64,000 nt of DNA from Phycisphaerae bacterium (lineage in GTDB: Bacteria; Planctomycetota; Phycisphaerae; UBA1845), in NCBI GenBank assembly GCA_963666835.2, contig CAXXGO010000001.1, forward strand, positions 416,001-480,000, read 5' to 3'. Positions 31,643 to 44,327 of this stretch are shown here, one piece after another (the first letter of the stretch is position 1; each line of letters begins with the position of its first letter). The translations under genes and the position numbers were made by a program. A model generated the notes under the pieces. It had not been told where the DNA came from. It did no database searches and saw nothing but the letters and a program-made list of their open reading frames with translations.

Positions 31643-34216
31643 TTAAGGGGAAAAGGGTAAAGTCCCCGCCACAACCCGGAACCCGAGGCTGCTGCTGCGG
31701 AGGCCCGGCCTGCTCCTGATGCGATCCGCACAACGGCAGTAGTGAGCGAGGTAGATCCACGAGCCGCCCCGGAGAACACGGTATTTGCCACTACCAGGTC
31801 CGGTCGGGTTCGTACCCGGAGAGCTCGCATAATAGTCCTCTCCGTACCAGTCACCGCACCATTCCCAAACGTTCCCGTGCATATCATGCAAACCCCACCC
31901 GTTAGGCTGTTTCGCTCCCACCGAATGCGTCTGCTTCCCGGAGTTGCCCGTGTACCAAGCATGGTCGCCCAAGCCCCCCGAAGAGTCTCCGAACGAGTAC
32001 GACGACGTCGTTCCCGCCCGGCACGAATACTCCCACTCAGCCTCCGTAGGTAAACGGATCGTTCGACCAGTACGCGCCGACAACTTCCGGCAGAACTCCT
32101 GAATCTCGTTCCACGACACGCTCTCGACCGGCCGGCTGTCGCCCTTGAAATGCGACGGATTACTCCCCATCACCGCACGCCACTGCGCCTGCGTTACCTC
32201 ATGCTTGCCCATGTAAAACGGTTTGCTGATCCGTACCCGGTGTTGCGGGCCTTCATCGTCGTCGCGTTTCGCCTCTGACGACGGCGAACCCATCAAAAAC
32301 TCGCCCGACTCGATCAAAACCAGATCCATCGTCACCCCGCCGCCCACGTCCACGGTCAGCGACGGCTCCGGACCGTAATAACCTTCGATCTTCTCCTTCA
32401 GTCGAAGCGCCTCAGAGTGATCGGGTTCGAGCGTCAGCAGCGCCTCGAGAGCCCGCAAAGCGACCTTGCCGTTGGCCTTGCTGTCATTCGCCCTCGCATC
32501 CCGCAACAACCCGGCTATCCGCTCACGCCGGTCCCGGGCCGCACGCTCCTGAGGGGACTCCAGCGACTCCAAACGCCCACGCTCCGCCAACGCCGCCGAA
32601 TCGCCGGGGTACAATTCCAGAGCCCGACGAATCGCCGACAATCCGCGGTCACGCTCGGAGTACGTCGTGCAACCTCTGGCGGTAGTGACTAGCTGAGAGA
32701 ACCTGCCCCGTTTCTCCCGTTCGGCAACCACAGCCGGATCCTCGATTTCGGCAATACGGGCTCGCTCCGCCAACGCCGCCGCGTCGTCAGGGTACAGAGC
32801 CAGAGCCTCACGCGCGGCCGTCAAACCCCGATCGCGGCAGGCATACGCGGTACAACCGTTGGCCGTGGCAATCAGCCGCTCGTACTGCTGCCGCTTCTCG
32901 CGCTCGGCAACGACAACCGGGTCCTCGATCCGCCCGATACGCTCCCGCTCCGCGATCGCTTGAGGGTCATCGGGGAACAGAAGCAACGCCGCCCGTACCG
33001 CAGAAAAGCCCCTGTCACGATCCGAGTACGCTGTGCAGCCCTTCGCCGTAGCCATCAGTTCATCGAATCGCGCAAGCTTCTGCTGGCCGGGATCAACCAC
33101 CTCCGGGGGAGACTCAGCTTCCTGTTCTTCCGCAGGAACTGCCACCACTGGACCCGATACCGGGGACACGGCCGGCTCTGTATCGGGCGGACGCGACCCA
33201 GCCCCCAGAACCGCCCACAAACCAACGGCGGCCAGTACGACCACGCCCGCGACGGCCAGCGTCCGACGATGGCCGTTACGGCCGACCGCGCGGAGATCTT
33301 GCAGCAGCCCCGCTGCCGAGGCGTAACGGCTGGACGGCTGTCGGTCCAGGCATCGTGCCACGACCGTGTCCCATTGCTTCGATAACCCACGGACAAGCTG
33401 CGACGGAGGTTTGGCCATCCCGGCAGGTCTTTCCCCCGTCACGAGTCGGTACGCGACCACTCCGAACGAGTAGATGTCCGTCCGTTGGTCGATTTCGCCC
33501 GTGCCCTCGCCACGCTGCTCCGGAGACATGTAGTCGTATGTACCCAGGATGCTCGACGCGCTGCTCGTGCGGCGGTTGCCGCTCCCACCCTCGGGGATGG
33601 TGGCCGCGGCGTCGAGCGTGTCCAACGCGCCGTCCGGGGACGGCGAGCGAAGCGTCGGCCGGCTGCCCAAGGAATGTTGCATCGTCGAGTGGATCTGCGA
33701 AAGGATGAACTCGCTCCCGATCGCCTTGGCCAGGCCGAAGTCGGTCAGCTTCGCATCGCCATCGGCGTCGATCAGGATGTTGGCCGGCTTGAGGTCGCGA
33801 TGGATCACGCCCCGCTCGTGGGCGTACTGCAACGCCTCGGCGATCTGAATGGACCACTTCCGCACTTTGGCCTCGGGCAAGCGGCCGTCCGGCTGCTGCT
33901 TGAGGTGCTCGTGCAGGCTCAGCGGCTTGCCCTCCGGACCGGTCACGTAGTCCATGACCAGGAAGTACACCCCCTCGGCACAACTCATGGCGTGAACCTG
34001 GACGATGTGCGGGTGATGCAGGTCGGCCATCACCCGGGCCTCGTCGTAGAATCGGGCGACGAACCCCTTATCCTGGGCCAGCCCGGCCGGCAGGATCTTC
34101 AGCGCGTACTTCTTACGCAGGTGAACGTGCTCGGCCAGATAAACCTCGCCCATCCCACCCGCGCCGATAGATTCCACGACCCGATAGTCGCCGAGTTGTC
34201 TGTCGATGAACGTCAT
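31643..34216 (-). CDS. Ser/Thr kinase (type B) - TM - helical repeats - FGE-sulfatase; DGR target
   Basis: Kinase motifs, TM helix, FGE domain ending RGGSWIYLAHYCRCADRIRSRPGLRSSSLGFRVV. Confidence 0.93.
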   Translation of the reverse strand: MTFIDRQLGDYRVVESIGAGGMGEVYLAEHVHLRKKYALKILPAGLAQDKGFVARFYDEARVMADLHHPHIVQVHAMSCAEGVYFLVMDYVTGPEGKPLSLHEHLKQQPDGRLPEAKVRKWSIQIAEALQYAHERGVIHRDLKPANILIDADGDAKLTDFGLAKAIGSEFILSQIHSTMQHSLGSRPTLRSPSPDGALDTLDAAATIPEGGSGNRRTSSASSILGTYDYMSPEQRGEGTGEIDQRTDIYSFGVVAYRLVTGERPAGMAKPPSQLVRGLSKQWDTVVARCLDRQPSSRYASAAGLLQDLRAVGRNGHRRTLAVAGVVVLAAVGLWAVLGAGSRPPDTEPAVSPVSGPVVAVPAEEQEAESPPEVVDPGQQKLARFDELMATAKGCTAYSDRDRGFSAVRAALLLFPDDPQAIAERERIGRIEDPVVVAEREKRQQYERLIATANGCTAYACRDRGLTAAREALALYPDDAAALAERARIAEIEDPAVVAEREKRGRFSQLVTTARGCTTYSERDRGLSAIRRALELYPGDSAALAERGRLESLESPQERAARDRRERIAGLLRDARANDSKANGKVALRALEALLTLEPDHSEALRLKEKIEGYYGPEPSLTVDVGGGVTMDLVLIESGEFLMGSPSSEAKRDDDEGPQHRVRISKPFYMGKHEVTQAQWRAVMGSNPSHFKGDSRPVESVSWNEIQEFCRKLSARTGRTIRLPTEAEWEYSCRAGTTSSYSFGDSSGGLGDHAWYTGNSGKQTHSVGAKQPNGWGLHDMHGNVWEWCGDWYGEDYYASSPGTNPTGPGSGKYRVLRGGSWIYLAHYCRCADRIRSRPGLRSSSLGFRVVAGTLPFSP
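31685..31756 (-). repeat. DGR variable region core
   Basis: NNC-type variation relative to the sister VRs. Confidence 0.9.
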
Positions 34217-34362
34217 GGGCAGTTTCTGCCTTTTGGTCTTTGGCACGACAGTCGCAAATCGCCTCTGGGACCGCAAGATGTCGAGCGGGCGACACATCCC
34301 ATCCCGCCGCGACCCAATCGCCACAGGACCTTGTACGGACCGATCTGTTGCGGGTCAGTCAT
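34213..34362 (-). pseudogene. 49-codon type A kinase leader fragment (copy 2)
   Basis: Appears identical to 31414-31563 (offset 2799). Confidence 0.75.
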
Positions 34363-34400
34363 GCTTGCCACTCAACTTCGCACGCCGCTATCAGCGGCGA

Positions 34401-34419
34401 CCAGGGGCTCCGCCCCTGG
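34401..34419 (-). promoter_or_regulatory. DGR-type target hairpin
   Basis: CCAGGGGC-GGA-GCCCCTGG, perfect stem. Confidence 0.8.
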
Positions 34420-34441
34420 ACCCCGGGAAAAGAGAAAAGAG

Positions 34442-37552
<3,111 letters not shown>

Positions 37553-37740
37553 GCTTACTTTGCGACGTCAAAGCGGCACCTACCGTGTTCAACGACGTCA
37601 TCCACCTCGGTAGTTGTTGCTCAATAGAACTCCGACAGCATCACCACGTAGCGGCTTCTTCGCAAGGTCCGCCGGAAGATCTTCCAAGTACGAAGAGACT
37701 CCAAACATCACGCGAAGCAGATGGAGACCTCGGGGCTGAT

Positions 37741-40386
37741 CTACTCCTCTACCCAGTTCTTGATGTCGTCGCTGCCTTCCTTGCCACCGTCGTCCTTCCC
37801 GTCAGGTCCACAACTCCACAGGTCGAATGCGTGCTCATTCACTTCGCCTGGGCAGCGATACTCGTACGGATTTTTCCATGGATCAACAAGCTCATCCGAC
37901 TTCCCCTCGAGATAGGGCCCTCGGTACCGCTCGTCAGAGGCGAGATTCACCGGAGGAAACAACGCTGCGAGGCCCTGATTAGTGTCCGGGAACACCATCA
38001 TATCCCATCTGTAGGCGGACAGGGCCTTGGCGATTCGACCACTTCGGTGCACAGCAGCTTTGGCCGTATCGATGCGCGCTTCCTCCGACTCGCGCGCCAC
38101 GGTCACGACGGCACCATGACCGGCACGAGGGAAAGCCACAGGGGTTGCAGACTGGCCGCTCCCTGAAACGCGGTGCGGATCACGAGATTGGACATTAGCC
38201 ACAACGCGGAACCCGATGTAGTTGCTGCGGATGTCCGGCCCGGCCATGGCGCGAAACGCACAACTGCAGTAGAGCGCATAGTTGGCCCACGAGCCTCCCC
38301 GGAGAACACGGGACGTTCCTCTACCAGGACCGGCCGGGGCCGTGTCCAGAGAGTTCGCATAGTAGTCCCAGTCATGCCAATCACCGCACCACTCCCAGAC
38401 GTTTCCGTGCATGTCATACAGACCCCACCCGTTAGGCTGTTTCGTACCCACCGCATGCGTATTCCGCCCGGAGTTATCCCAGTACCAAGCATGGTCGCCC
38501 AAGCCCCCCGCCCAGTCTCCGAACGAATACGCCGTCTCCGTGCCCGCTCGGCACGCGTACTCCCACTCTGCCTCCGTAGGTAACCGCATTGTTCGACCCG
38601 CACGACGAGCCAACCACTCGCAAAACGCCGTCGCGTCGGTCCAACTGACGCATGCCACCGGGTGTTCATCGGTCTGGCTGTAACCCGGATCCCGCCAGCT
38701 CAGCCCAGCAACCAACTGCCACTTCCCGTCCTTCCCCGCCCTTGCGTCGCCGTATTTCTCCGCGTCCGTTACGTGCCCCGTGGACTCCACGAAACACCGA
38801 AACTGGCCCACCGTGACCTCACGTGTCGCCATGTAGAACGGCTTGCTGATCCGAACGCGTTGGCGTGGCTTTCCGTCGAAATCTTCGTTGTGCCAGTCCG
38901 TAAACACCAGCTCCACCGCGCGCGAGACCGAGGAGTAGTCGTACGCCTTGGTCGAAAATTCGCCCGACTCGATCAAAACCAGCTCCATCGTCGACCCGCT
39001 GCCCAAGTCGATGGACAGTGTGTTCGAGAGATCGCTTGCCGCGGCCGCATTCTCATGCGTGGCGGGTCGAGAAGCCTGCGTCGATTGCTCGGGAGGAGAG
39101 TCCGTTGCTCTTGGCTTCTTGCCCTGCGATGATTGCGTCATTCCCGGAGAAGGGGTCTCGCGAGTCCTTGGTGCGTTCGATGAGTACTGCTTGGAGAGTC
39201 CTCCGGAATGCCAAACCAGCAACGGGATGACAAACGACGCGACCAGCACCAGAATGTCCCCAAATTCAAGAGTCCTACGGCGTCCTTTCTTCGCGCCAGA
39301 CCGTACCGGCTCTCGCACGACCGCTTCCGCCGCTAAAGCCGGCTCTTTCTGCCCAGTGGGCGCCGTGGCGTCGACCGCAGGCGGTCTCGGCTCTTCACCG
39401 GTCTTCGAAGGTAACTGGACGGGCCTCGCGAACTTCGCCGGCGACTCGAACAGTTCGACAAGCCCCTGCGCGCTGGTTGGGCGATCCTGTTGATCCTTGG
39501 CTAGCCCTCGTCGAATCGCGGCATTAACGTGCGGCGAGACGTCCTCGATCTCCGGGGGCTCAAGGTGCAGGAGTTGATGCCCGATCGAGCCCTGATAGAA
39601 CGGCGGGTGGCCGGCTAGGCATTCGTACAGCGTCGCGGCGAAAGAGTACACGTCCGATGCCTCCGTCGGCGGTTTGCCACTGAACTGCTCCGGCGACATG
39701 TACAGCAGGGTCCCCGACGTCTCCTGGCCGGTGACCCGGGTCATCGAGTCCTTCAGTTCCCGGGCGATTCCGAAATCCAGCACCAGCGCGTGCCCGTCGG
39801 GTGTCACCATGATGTTCGACGGCTTGATGTCGCGGTGCAGCACCGGCGGGGAGCTGCTATGGGCATGGTCCAACGCTTCGGCCACGTCCCTGGCGATCGG
39901 CAGCAGCTCGCCAAGGGGCATCAGGCGATCGGCTTTGCCGTCCAGCAGCTCCTCCAGCGTCTGCCCCTGAATGTACTCCATCACGAGGAACTTGACGTCA
40001 CCGTCGGCGTTGAACGTGTGCAGCCGGCAGATCCGCGGATGAGTGAGCCGCAGGGCGATGGCCGCCTCGCGCTTGAGGCTCTTGATGCTGCGGGGGTTAC
40101 GAGCCAACATCGGCGGCAGGACCTTGATGGCGACCGGCATGTCATCCAGCTCGGTATCCACGGCCTGCCACACTTCGCCCATGCCGCCCGAACCAAGCCG
40201 ATTCCCCACGCGATACCGCCCGGCCAGCACGCGACCCTCGCACAGCTCACCGGCATGCACGGTCCTCGCCCCGTCGAGCGTATCGCCGGCACCCGGCGCG
40301 GCGAGATCATCCAACACCGAGCCGCAGTGCTTGCACTTGACGGCTTGGTCCTGGATCTCCTCGGCGCAGAACGGGCAGGTCTTCAT
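37741..40386 (-). CDS. Zinc ribbon - Ser/Thr kinase (type C) - TM - FGE-sulfatase - GspG-like pseudopilin domain
   Basis: MKTCPFCAEEIQDQAVKCKHCG, HRDIKPSN, DFG, TM, FGE. C-terminus QGLAAL..YRGPYL..DPWKNPYEYRCPG..FDLWSCGPDGK..DDIKNW. Confidence 0.9.
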   Translation of the reverse strand: MKTCPFCAEEIQDQAVKCKHCGSVLDDLAAPGAGDTLDGARTVHAGELCEGRVLAGRYRVGNRLGSGGMGEVWQAVDTELDDMPVAIKVLPPMLARNPRSIKSLKREAAIALRLTHPRICRLHTFNADGDVKFLVMEYIQGQTLEELLDGKADRLMPLGELLPIARDVAEALDHAHSSSPPVLHRDIKPSNIMVTPDGHALVLDFGIARELKDSMTRVTGQETSGTLLYMSPEQFSGKPPTEASDVYSFAATLYECLAGHPPFYQGSIGHQLLHLEPPEIEDVSPHVNAAIRRGLAKDQQDRPTSAQGLVELFESPAKFARPVQLPSKTGEEPRPPAVDATAPTGQKEPALAAEAVVREPVRSGAKKGRRRTLEFGDILVLVASFVIPLLVWHSGGLSKQYSSNAPRTRETPSPGMTQSSQGKKPRATDSPPEQSTQASRPATHENAAAASDLSNTLSIDLGSGSTMELVLIESGEFSTKAYDYSSVSRAVELVFTDWHNEDFDGKPRQRVRISKPFYMATREVTVGQFRCFVESTGHVTDAEKYGDARAGKDGKWQLVAGLSWRDPGYSQTDEHPVACVSWTDATAFCEWLARRAGRTMRLPTEAEWEYACRAGTETAYSFGDWAGGLGDHAWYWDNSGRNTHAVGTKQPNGWGLYDMHGNVWEWCGDWHDWDYYANSLDTAPAGPGRGTSRVLRGGSWANYALYCSCAFRAMAGPDIRSNYIGFRVVANVQSRDPHRVSGSGQSATPVAFPRAGHGAVVTVARESEEARIDTAKAAVHRSGRIAKALSAYRWDMMVFPDTNQGLAALFPPVNLASDERYRGPYLEGKSDELVDPWKNPYEYRCPGEVNEHAFDLWSCGPDGKDDGGKEGSDDIKNWVEE
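38215..38286 (-). repeat. Internal VR-like segment (no hairpin)
   Basis: Fits the VR consensus except AGT for CGT and ATG for NGG. Confidence 0.72.
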
Positions 40387-40411
40387 CAGGGATCTCCTCC
40401 CAAGAGCCGGG

Positions 40412-42259
40412 CTACTGTTTCTTCCCGCACGCGGTGCAGAAGTTGCCGCCCGATTCTAGCGGGGCGTTGCAGTGCGCACAGCACGCACCCGCCTTTCCGC
40501 CCGATTGGGAGTTGACCATCACGTGGGCTCCGCCGCCACCACCGCCCGGGGTCACGATGGTATCCGGCGGCTCCACCGGCCGGGCGCGGGTACCGGCCAC
40601 GTGCCCCATCTGCTGCAGGGCGGTCTGCATAATCCGCTCCATCCGATCGGCGGTATCCGCGGACGCCTCCTTCTGCTCGGCGACGCGCTTCTCGAGCAGC
40701 TCGCGCATCTCGTCGGAGAGACGGCCGTCGGCCTTGTACTTCTCGGCGAGGGCCTGGGCGGCGGCCGGGGAAGCCTCGGCCGTGATCGCAAGGATCTGCT
40801 CCGGGGTGAGGTTCTTCTGACGCTCGAGCTTGGTCAGATCCGCGATCCGGTCACCCGCGGGACCGTCTACAATAGAGAGAAGCGCCTCGACCGTCGCATT
40901 ACTTCGCTCGGCGAGCCGCTTGGCCTCGACCTGCTGGGTCCACTCTTCGCGTTTGCGATCGCGATCGTCCATGCGATCCAACAGATCCTGACCGGCGAGC
41001 GCCTCGGTCATGTCCTGCTCGTGGTCCTTCGCCCGGGTCTCGCGCTGGATGTCGTCGATCTTCCCATCGGTCGCGGCCTCTTCCACGCGCCGCGCTCTCT
41101 GGCGCCGGTGGGCCTCGTCGAGCGCGTCCTCATCGGCCAGTTGTTGCTTGCGCGCCTCGTCGCGTAGGGCGTCTTGAGAGATACCTTCAATCTCGATACG
41201 CCGCAGGGTCTGCTCGCGGTCGCGCTCGTGCTCGAATCGCGACTTCAAGCGGATCATCTCGTCGTCGCGGATGACGTCCTTGAGACCCAGCTCGTGTTCG
41301 GTCTGGCGGATGAAGTCCTCGAGGTCCTTCTCGCTGGTGAACTCGTCCATCTTGTCGGTGGTGAGCACGTCGCGGAGGCGGCGGGTGAGCTGGGCTCGCT
41401 GGTCCTGCAGGTCGATGTCCTTACCGAAGGTCTGCAGCTCGCCCTCTTTGGCCCGTAGTCCTTCGTATGCCTCCCCGCAGAAGTCGACGAAACGCAACTG
41501 GATCAGACTCAACCCGAACCGCGAGAACGTCGTGCGCAAATGCTCGCGAAGCTGGGCCTCGATCTCATACCGGGCGTCGATACTGCCGAACAGTTGATCG
41601 GCCTTGTACTTGAGCACGATGCCCTCGAGCAACATCTGGACCTCTTCGGCAAGGAGGCACTCGAGCTGGTCGAGGGTAACCTGGCCGCGGCCTTTGATGA
41701 GGTTCTTGAACAGGCTCTCGGGATCCTGCACCTGGATCACCAGACGCAAAGACACGCCCACCTCGAACTTGTCCGAAGTCCACAGCCGGCCGTTCTCCAG
41801 ATCGCAGGTGGTGTCGCCGGCGTCCATGATGACGATACTGGCGGGGTTATCGATCATGAAGTTGGTAAGCCGCTGGGCGAACCCGCCGACGTCGTAGCGT
41901 GATTCCTGCAGTTCGCCGGCGAACTTGCCGGACTGGAACACAAGCCCGGTCGTTCCGTGCTCCACGATGAGCGGCTTGACCAGCCACCCCTTGACGTCGT
42001 CCACATCGATCCGGATGGCGAAATCCTCGGGCTGGCGGGCCCAGCGGTTGTGGTCGAACTTCGGCTTGACCGACACGGCCATGTCCGCCCCGCACTGCGG
42101 GCAGAACTTGGCGCTGCTGCGGACGTTGGCGTTACAGCTACCGCAGGGGACCGTTCCTTTCGGGGCGCCAGCGCCGCACTTCGGGCAATAAGTGGCGCCC
42201 TTGCGGACGCGCTGGTCGCAGTTCGGATTGATACATTTGTTCGTTCGAAAACCCATCAC
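40412..42259 (-). CDS. SPFH/band-7-like protein with N- and C-terminal zinc ribbons and a coiled coil
   Basis: Double zinc ribbon. LIVEHGTTGLVFQSGK..L...Y and FGLSLIQL pattern of SPFH domains. Long charged helix. Terminal CAHC...FCTACG. Confidence 0.72.
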   Translation of the reverse strand: MMGFRTNKCINPNCDQRVRKGATYCPKCGAGAPKGTVPCGSCNANVRSSAKFCPQCGADMAVSVKPKFDHNRWARQPEDFAIRIDVDDVKGWLVKPLIVEHGTTGLVFQSGKFAGELQESRYDVGGFAQRLTNFMIDNPASIVIMDAGDTTCDLENGRLWTSDKFEVGVSLRLVIQVQDPESLFKNLIKGRGQVTLDQLECLLAEEVQMLLEGIVLKYKADQLFGSIDARYEIEAQLREHLRTTFSRFGLSLIQLRFVDFCGEAYEGLRAKEGELQTFGKDIDLQDQRAQLTRRLRDVLTTDKMDEFTSEKDLEDFIRQTEHELGLKDVIRDDEMIRLKSRFEHERDREQTLRRIEIEGISQDALRDEARKQQLADEDALDEAHRRQRARRVEEAATDGKIDDIQRETRAKDHEQDMTEALAGQDLLDRMDDRDRKREEWTQQVEAKRLAERSNATVEALLSIVDGPAGDRIADLTKLERQKNLTPEQILAITAEASPAAAQALAEKYKADGRLSDEMRELLEKRVAEQKEASADTADRMERIMQTALQQMGHVAGTRARPVEPPDTIVTPGGGGGGAHVMVNSQSGGKAGACCAHCNAPLESGGNFCTACGKKQ

Positions 42260-42260
42260 A

Positions 42261-42929
42261 TTAGCTCCGATTCGCGGTTCCGGCCGGCCGGAAAGCGCGC
42301 CTGAGTTTCGCCAGGAAGATCAAGAGGATCATGAGAAGGAAGAAGAGGGCCAACACCAACATCGGGAATTGCCAGAACCGGGCGACTGCGTCGCTCCAAT
42401 GGATGAGCGCCTCGGCGGCCTGCATTCCGCTGGTCCAGATGTTCTCGCCGGTTTCGACAACGCCCATGTTCACGATGGCTTTGACGTGCCCCCGCGTACC
42501 CCACAAGTTGGTCGTGTGGTCCCAGATATCGCCGTAGATAATCGCGTCTACGCCTTCCAGCTCTCCGAAACGCTGGACCGTTTCGGGCTTCATGATGTCA
42601 CCCTTACGATCGCCGAACTCGATCTCTCCGGCCAGCAGGTCGAGCCTGGCGTCGCGGACGTACAGCTTGAACGGGCTGCGCGTCACCGCCGCCTCCAAGG
42701 CCGCCGTTACGTAGCCGTCCTCGTCCCCGCGCACGGTGACGACCGCCACGTTCACGACACCCTCTAAACTGGCCTTGTCCAGGTCCGCGGCGATCTGCTC
42801 GACGACTTTGTCGGTGGCCCGTTGGAGAATGTCGTTCTCGTTTGCCAACGCCGGGCCGGCCAGGAGTATCAAGCCCAGCGCCGCGAGGGTTCCCGGTCGC
42901 CGAAGTCTCATAGTTTGGAATCTGCTCAT
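42261..42929 (-). CDS. Exported CsgG/LpoB-like protein with C-terminal TM anchor
   Basis: Signal peptide ending ALA. VQRFGELEGVDAIIYGDI...VETGENIW. Hydrophobic C-terminus. Confidence 0.65.
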   Translation of the reverse strand: MSRFQTMRLRRPGTLAALGLILLAGPALANENDILQRATDKVVEQIAADLDKASLEGVVNVAVVTVRGDEDGYVTAALEAAVTRSPFKLYVRDARLDLLAGEIEFGDRKGDIMKPETVQRFGELEGVDAIIYGDIWDHTTNLWGTRGHVKAIVNMGVVETGENIWTSGMQAAEALIHWSDAVARFWQFPMLVLALFFLLMILLIFLAKLRRAFRPAGTANRS

Positions 42930-42977
42930 CGTTATGTCCTTGTGTACTGCCGGACGAGGGCGCGCCCTCACCGGGGC

Positions 42978-43988
42978 CTAGTCAAAGAAGTCCTGATCTG
43001 CTTTGATCACCTTGCCGTGTCGCTCGACGCTTTCGATGCGTACGCGATCACGGCGCAGCTCATCGACGTACGGCGCCAGGAATCGCTCGACATCGAAGCG
43101 GCAGAGCACGTCGTACTCCGCCGTATCCGATCTGTCGTCCCAACGCTCCAGCGAGACATAGTAGATCCCCACGCGTCGCTGCAACCCGACCCGTAAGTCG
43201 TCCGCCTCTCGAAAGTGCCTCAACCCCGAAACCGCGAGCCTCATCCGGACGAGGCTCGTTGCCTCCCACTTGCGGGTGACTTCGTCCGTCAGGTACGCGG
43301 CTAGGTCTTCGGCCGCCTTCTCCAGGGCGTCCTCGCCGGCTTCGGCCTCGTCGAGATCCCGCTGGCCCTTGCGGCGGACGGTCTTCGTGGCAATCTGCTG
43401 GTGCGTCGTGAGGTTGAGCACCTTGCCCCGGAGCTTGCACTTGAACAGGTAGTAGTTGCCGTGTTTGTCGAACTGCTCCGCCTCGCCGTCCATCAGGAAC
43501 GCGAGGTTGCAGTCGTTCTCCGTCCGGAACCGGTCCTGCTGCGCTTCGGACGGCTCGAAGGGCAACCGGTCTGTCATCTCGATCACGTTGAAGCTCAGCT
43601 CGGCCATCTTGTTGGCCAGGACATCTCGCGCGACGGTGGTCGTCTCGACTCCGTCGGGCAGGGCGATCCGCTCGCGGCTGCTGATCATCATCCGCTGCAG
43701 ATTCAGCAGTGCCTTGTGCACGATGTCATGCTTCTGGGCATTCGTATAGGTCGGGCGGATCGGGGCATCGTCGTCATCCGCGATACGATCATCCGGCCTC
43801 GGTTCGTCCCGGTCGGGCTCGGGCGTCGGGTCGGGCTCAGGTGCGGGGTTGGGCTCCGGTTCAGGGGTTCGCCCCTGGTTCTTCTGGTAGTCGTCACCGT
43901 ATCCGATCTGTTTTCCGCTGCATCCGGGCAGGGCGAAGGCGAGAACGACGATCACGCCCCAAGCCGGCCATCGTAGTGAGCACTTCAT
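42978..43988 (-). CDS. Lipoprotein, unknown function
   Basis: Lipobox FALPGC. PEP-rich linker. Confidence 0.75.
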   Translation of the reverse strand: MKCSLRWPAWGVIVVLAFALPGCSGKQIGYGDDYQKNQGRTPEPEPNPAPEPDPTPEPDRDEPRPDDRIADDDDAPIRPTYTNAQKHDIVHKALLNLQRMMISSRERIALPDGVETTTVARDVLANKMAELSFNVIEMTDRLPFEPSEAQQDRFRTENDCNLAFLMDGEAEQFDKHGNYYLFKCKLRGKVLNLTTHQQIATKTVRRKGQRDLDEAEAGEDALEKAAEDLAAYLTDEVTRKWEATSLVRMRLAVSGLRHFREADDLRVGLQRRVGIYYVSLERWDDRSDTAEYDVLCRFDVERFLAPYVDELRRDRVRIESVERHGKVIKADQDFFD

Positions 43989-44327
43989 GTCTGGCTATCT
44001 CCAATCAACATGGCTGGTTCGTCTCTTATTGATTAGCGGGGGCGGCTGCCACCCGCGAGTCATTACCGAGAACAGGTCTTTCCGGTGGCGGTCTACTTGT
44101 CTTCCGCCGGGGGAGTTACGGGCTCGTTCGGGCCCGGGTGAACCGGTCCATCGCGGGGCGGATCATAATCCACCTTCTCACACCGCTGGTGCGTGCAGCA
44201 CCCGGAAACCGCGAGCGTAGTCACAAACACGACGGCAAGTCTGCCAAGCCGGGCAATGACGTTCATGATCTTGACCCTTCCAAGAGCTCTACGTGGTCAT
44301 TCGTATTCGTTCGGGAGCTGCATCGAA

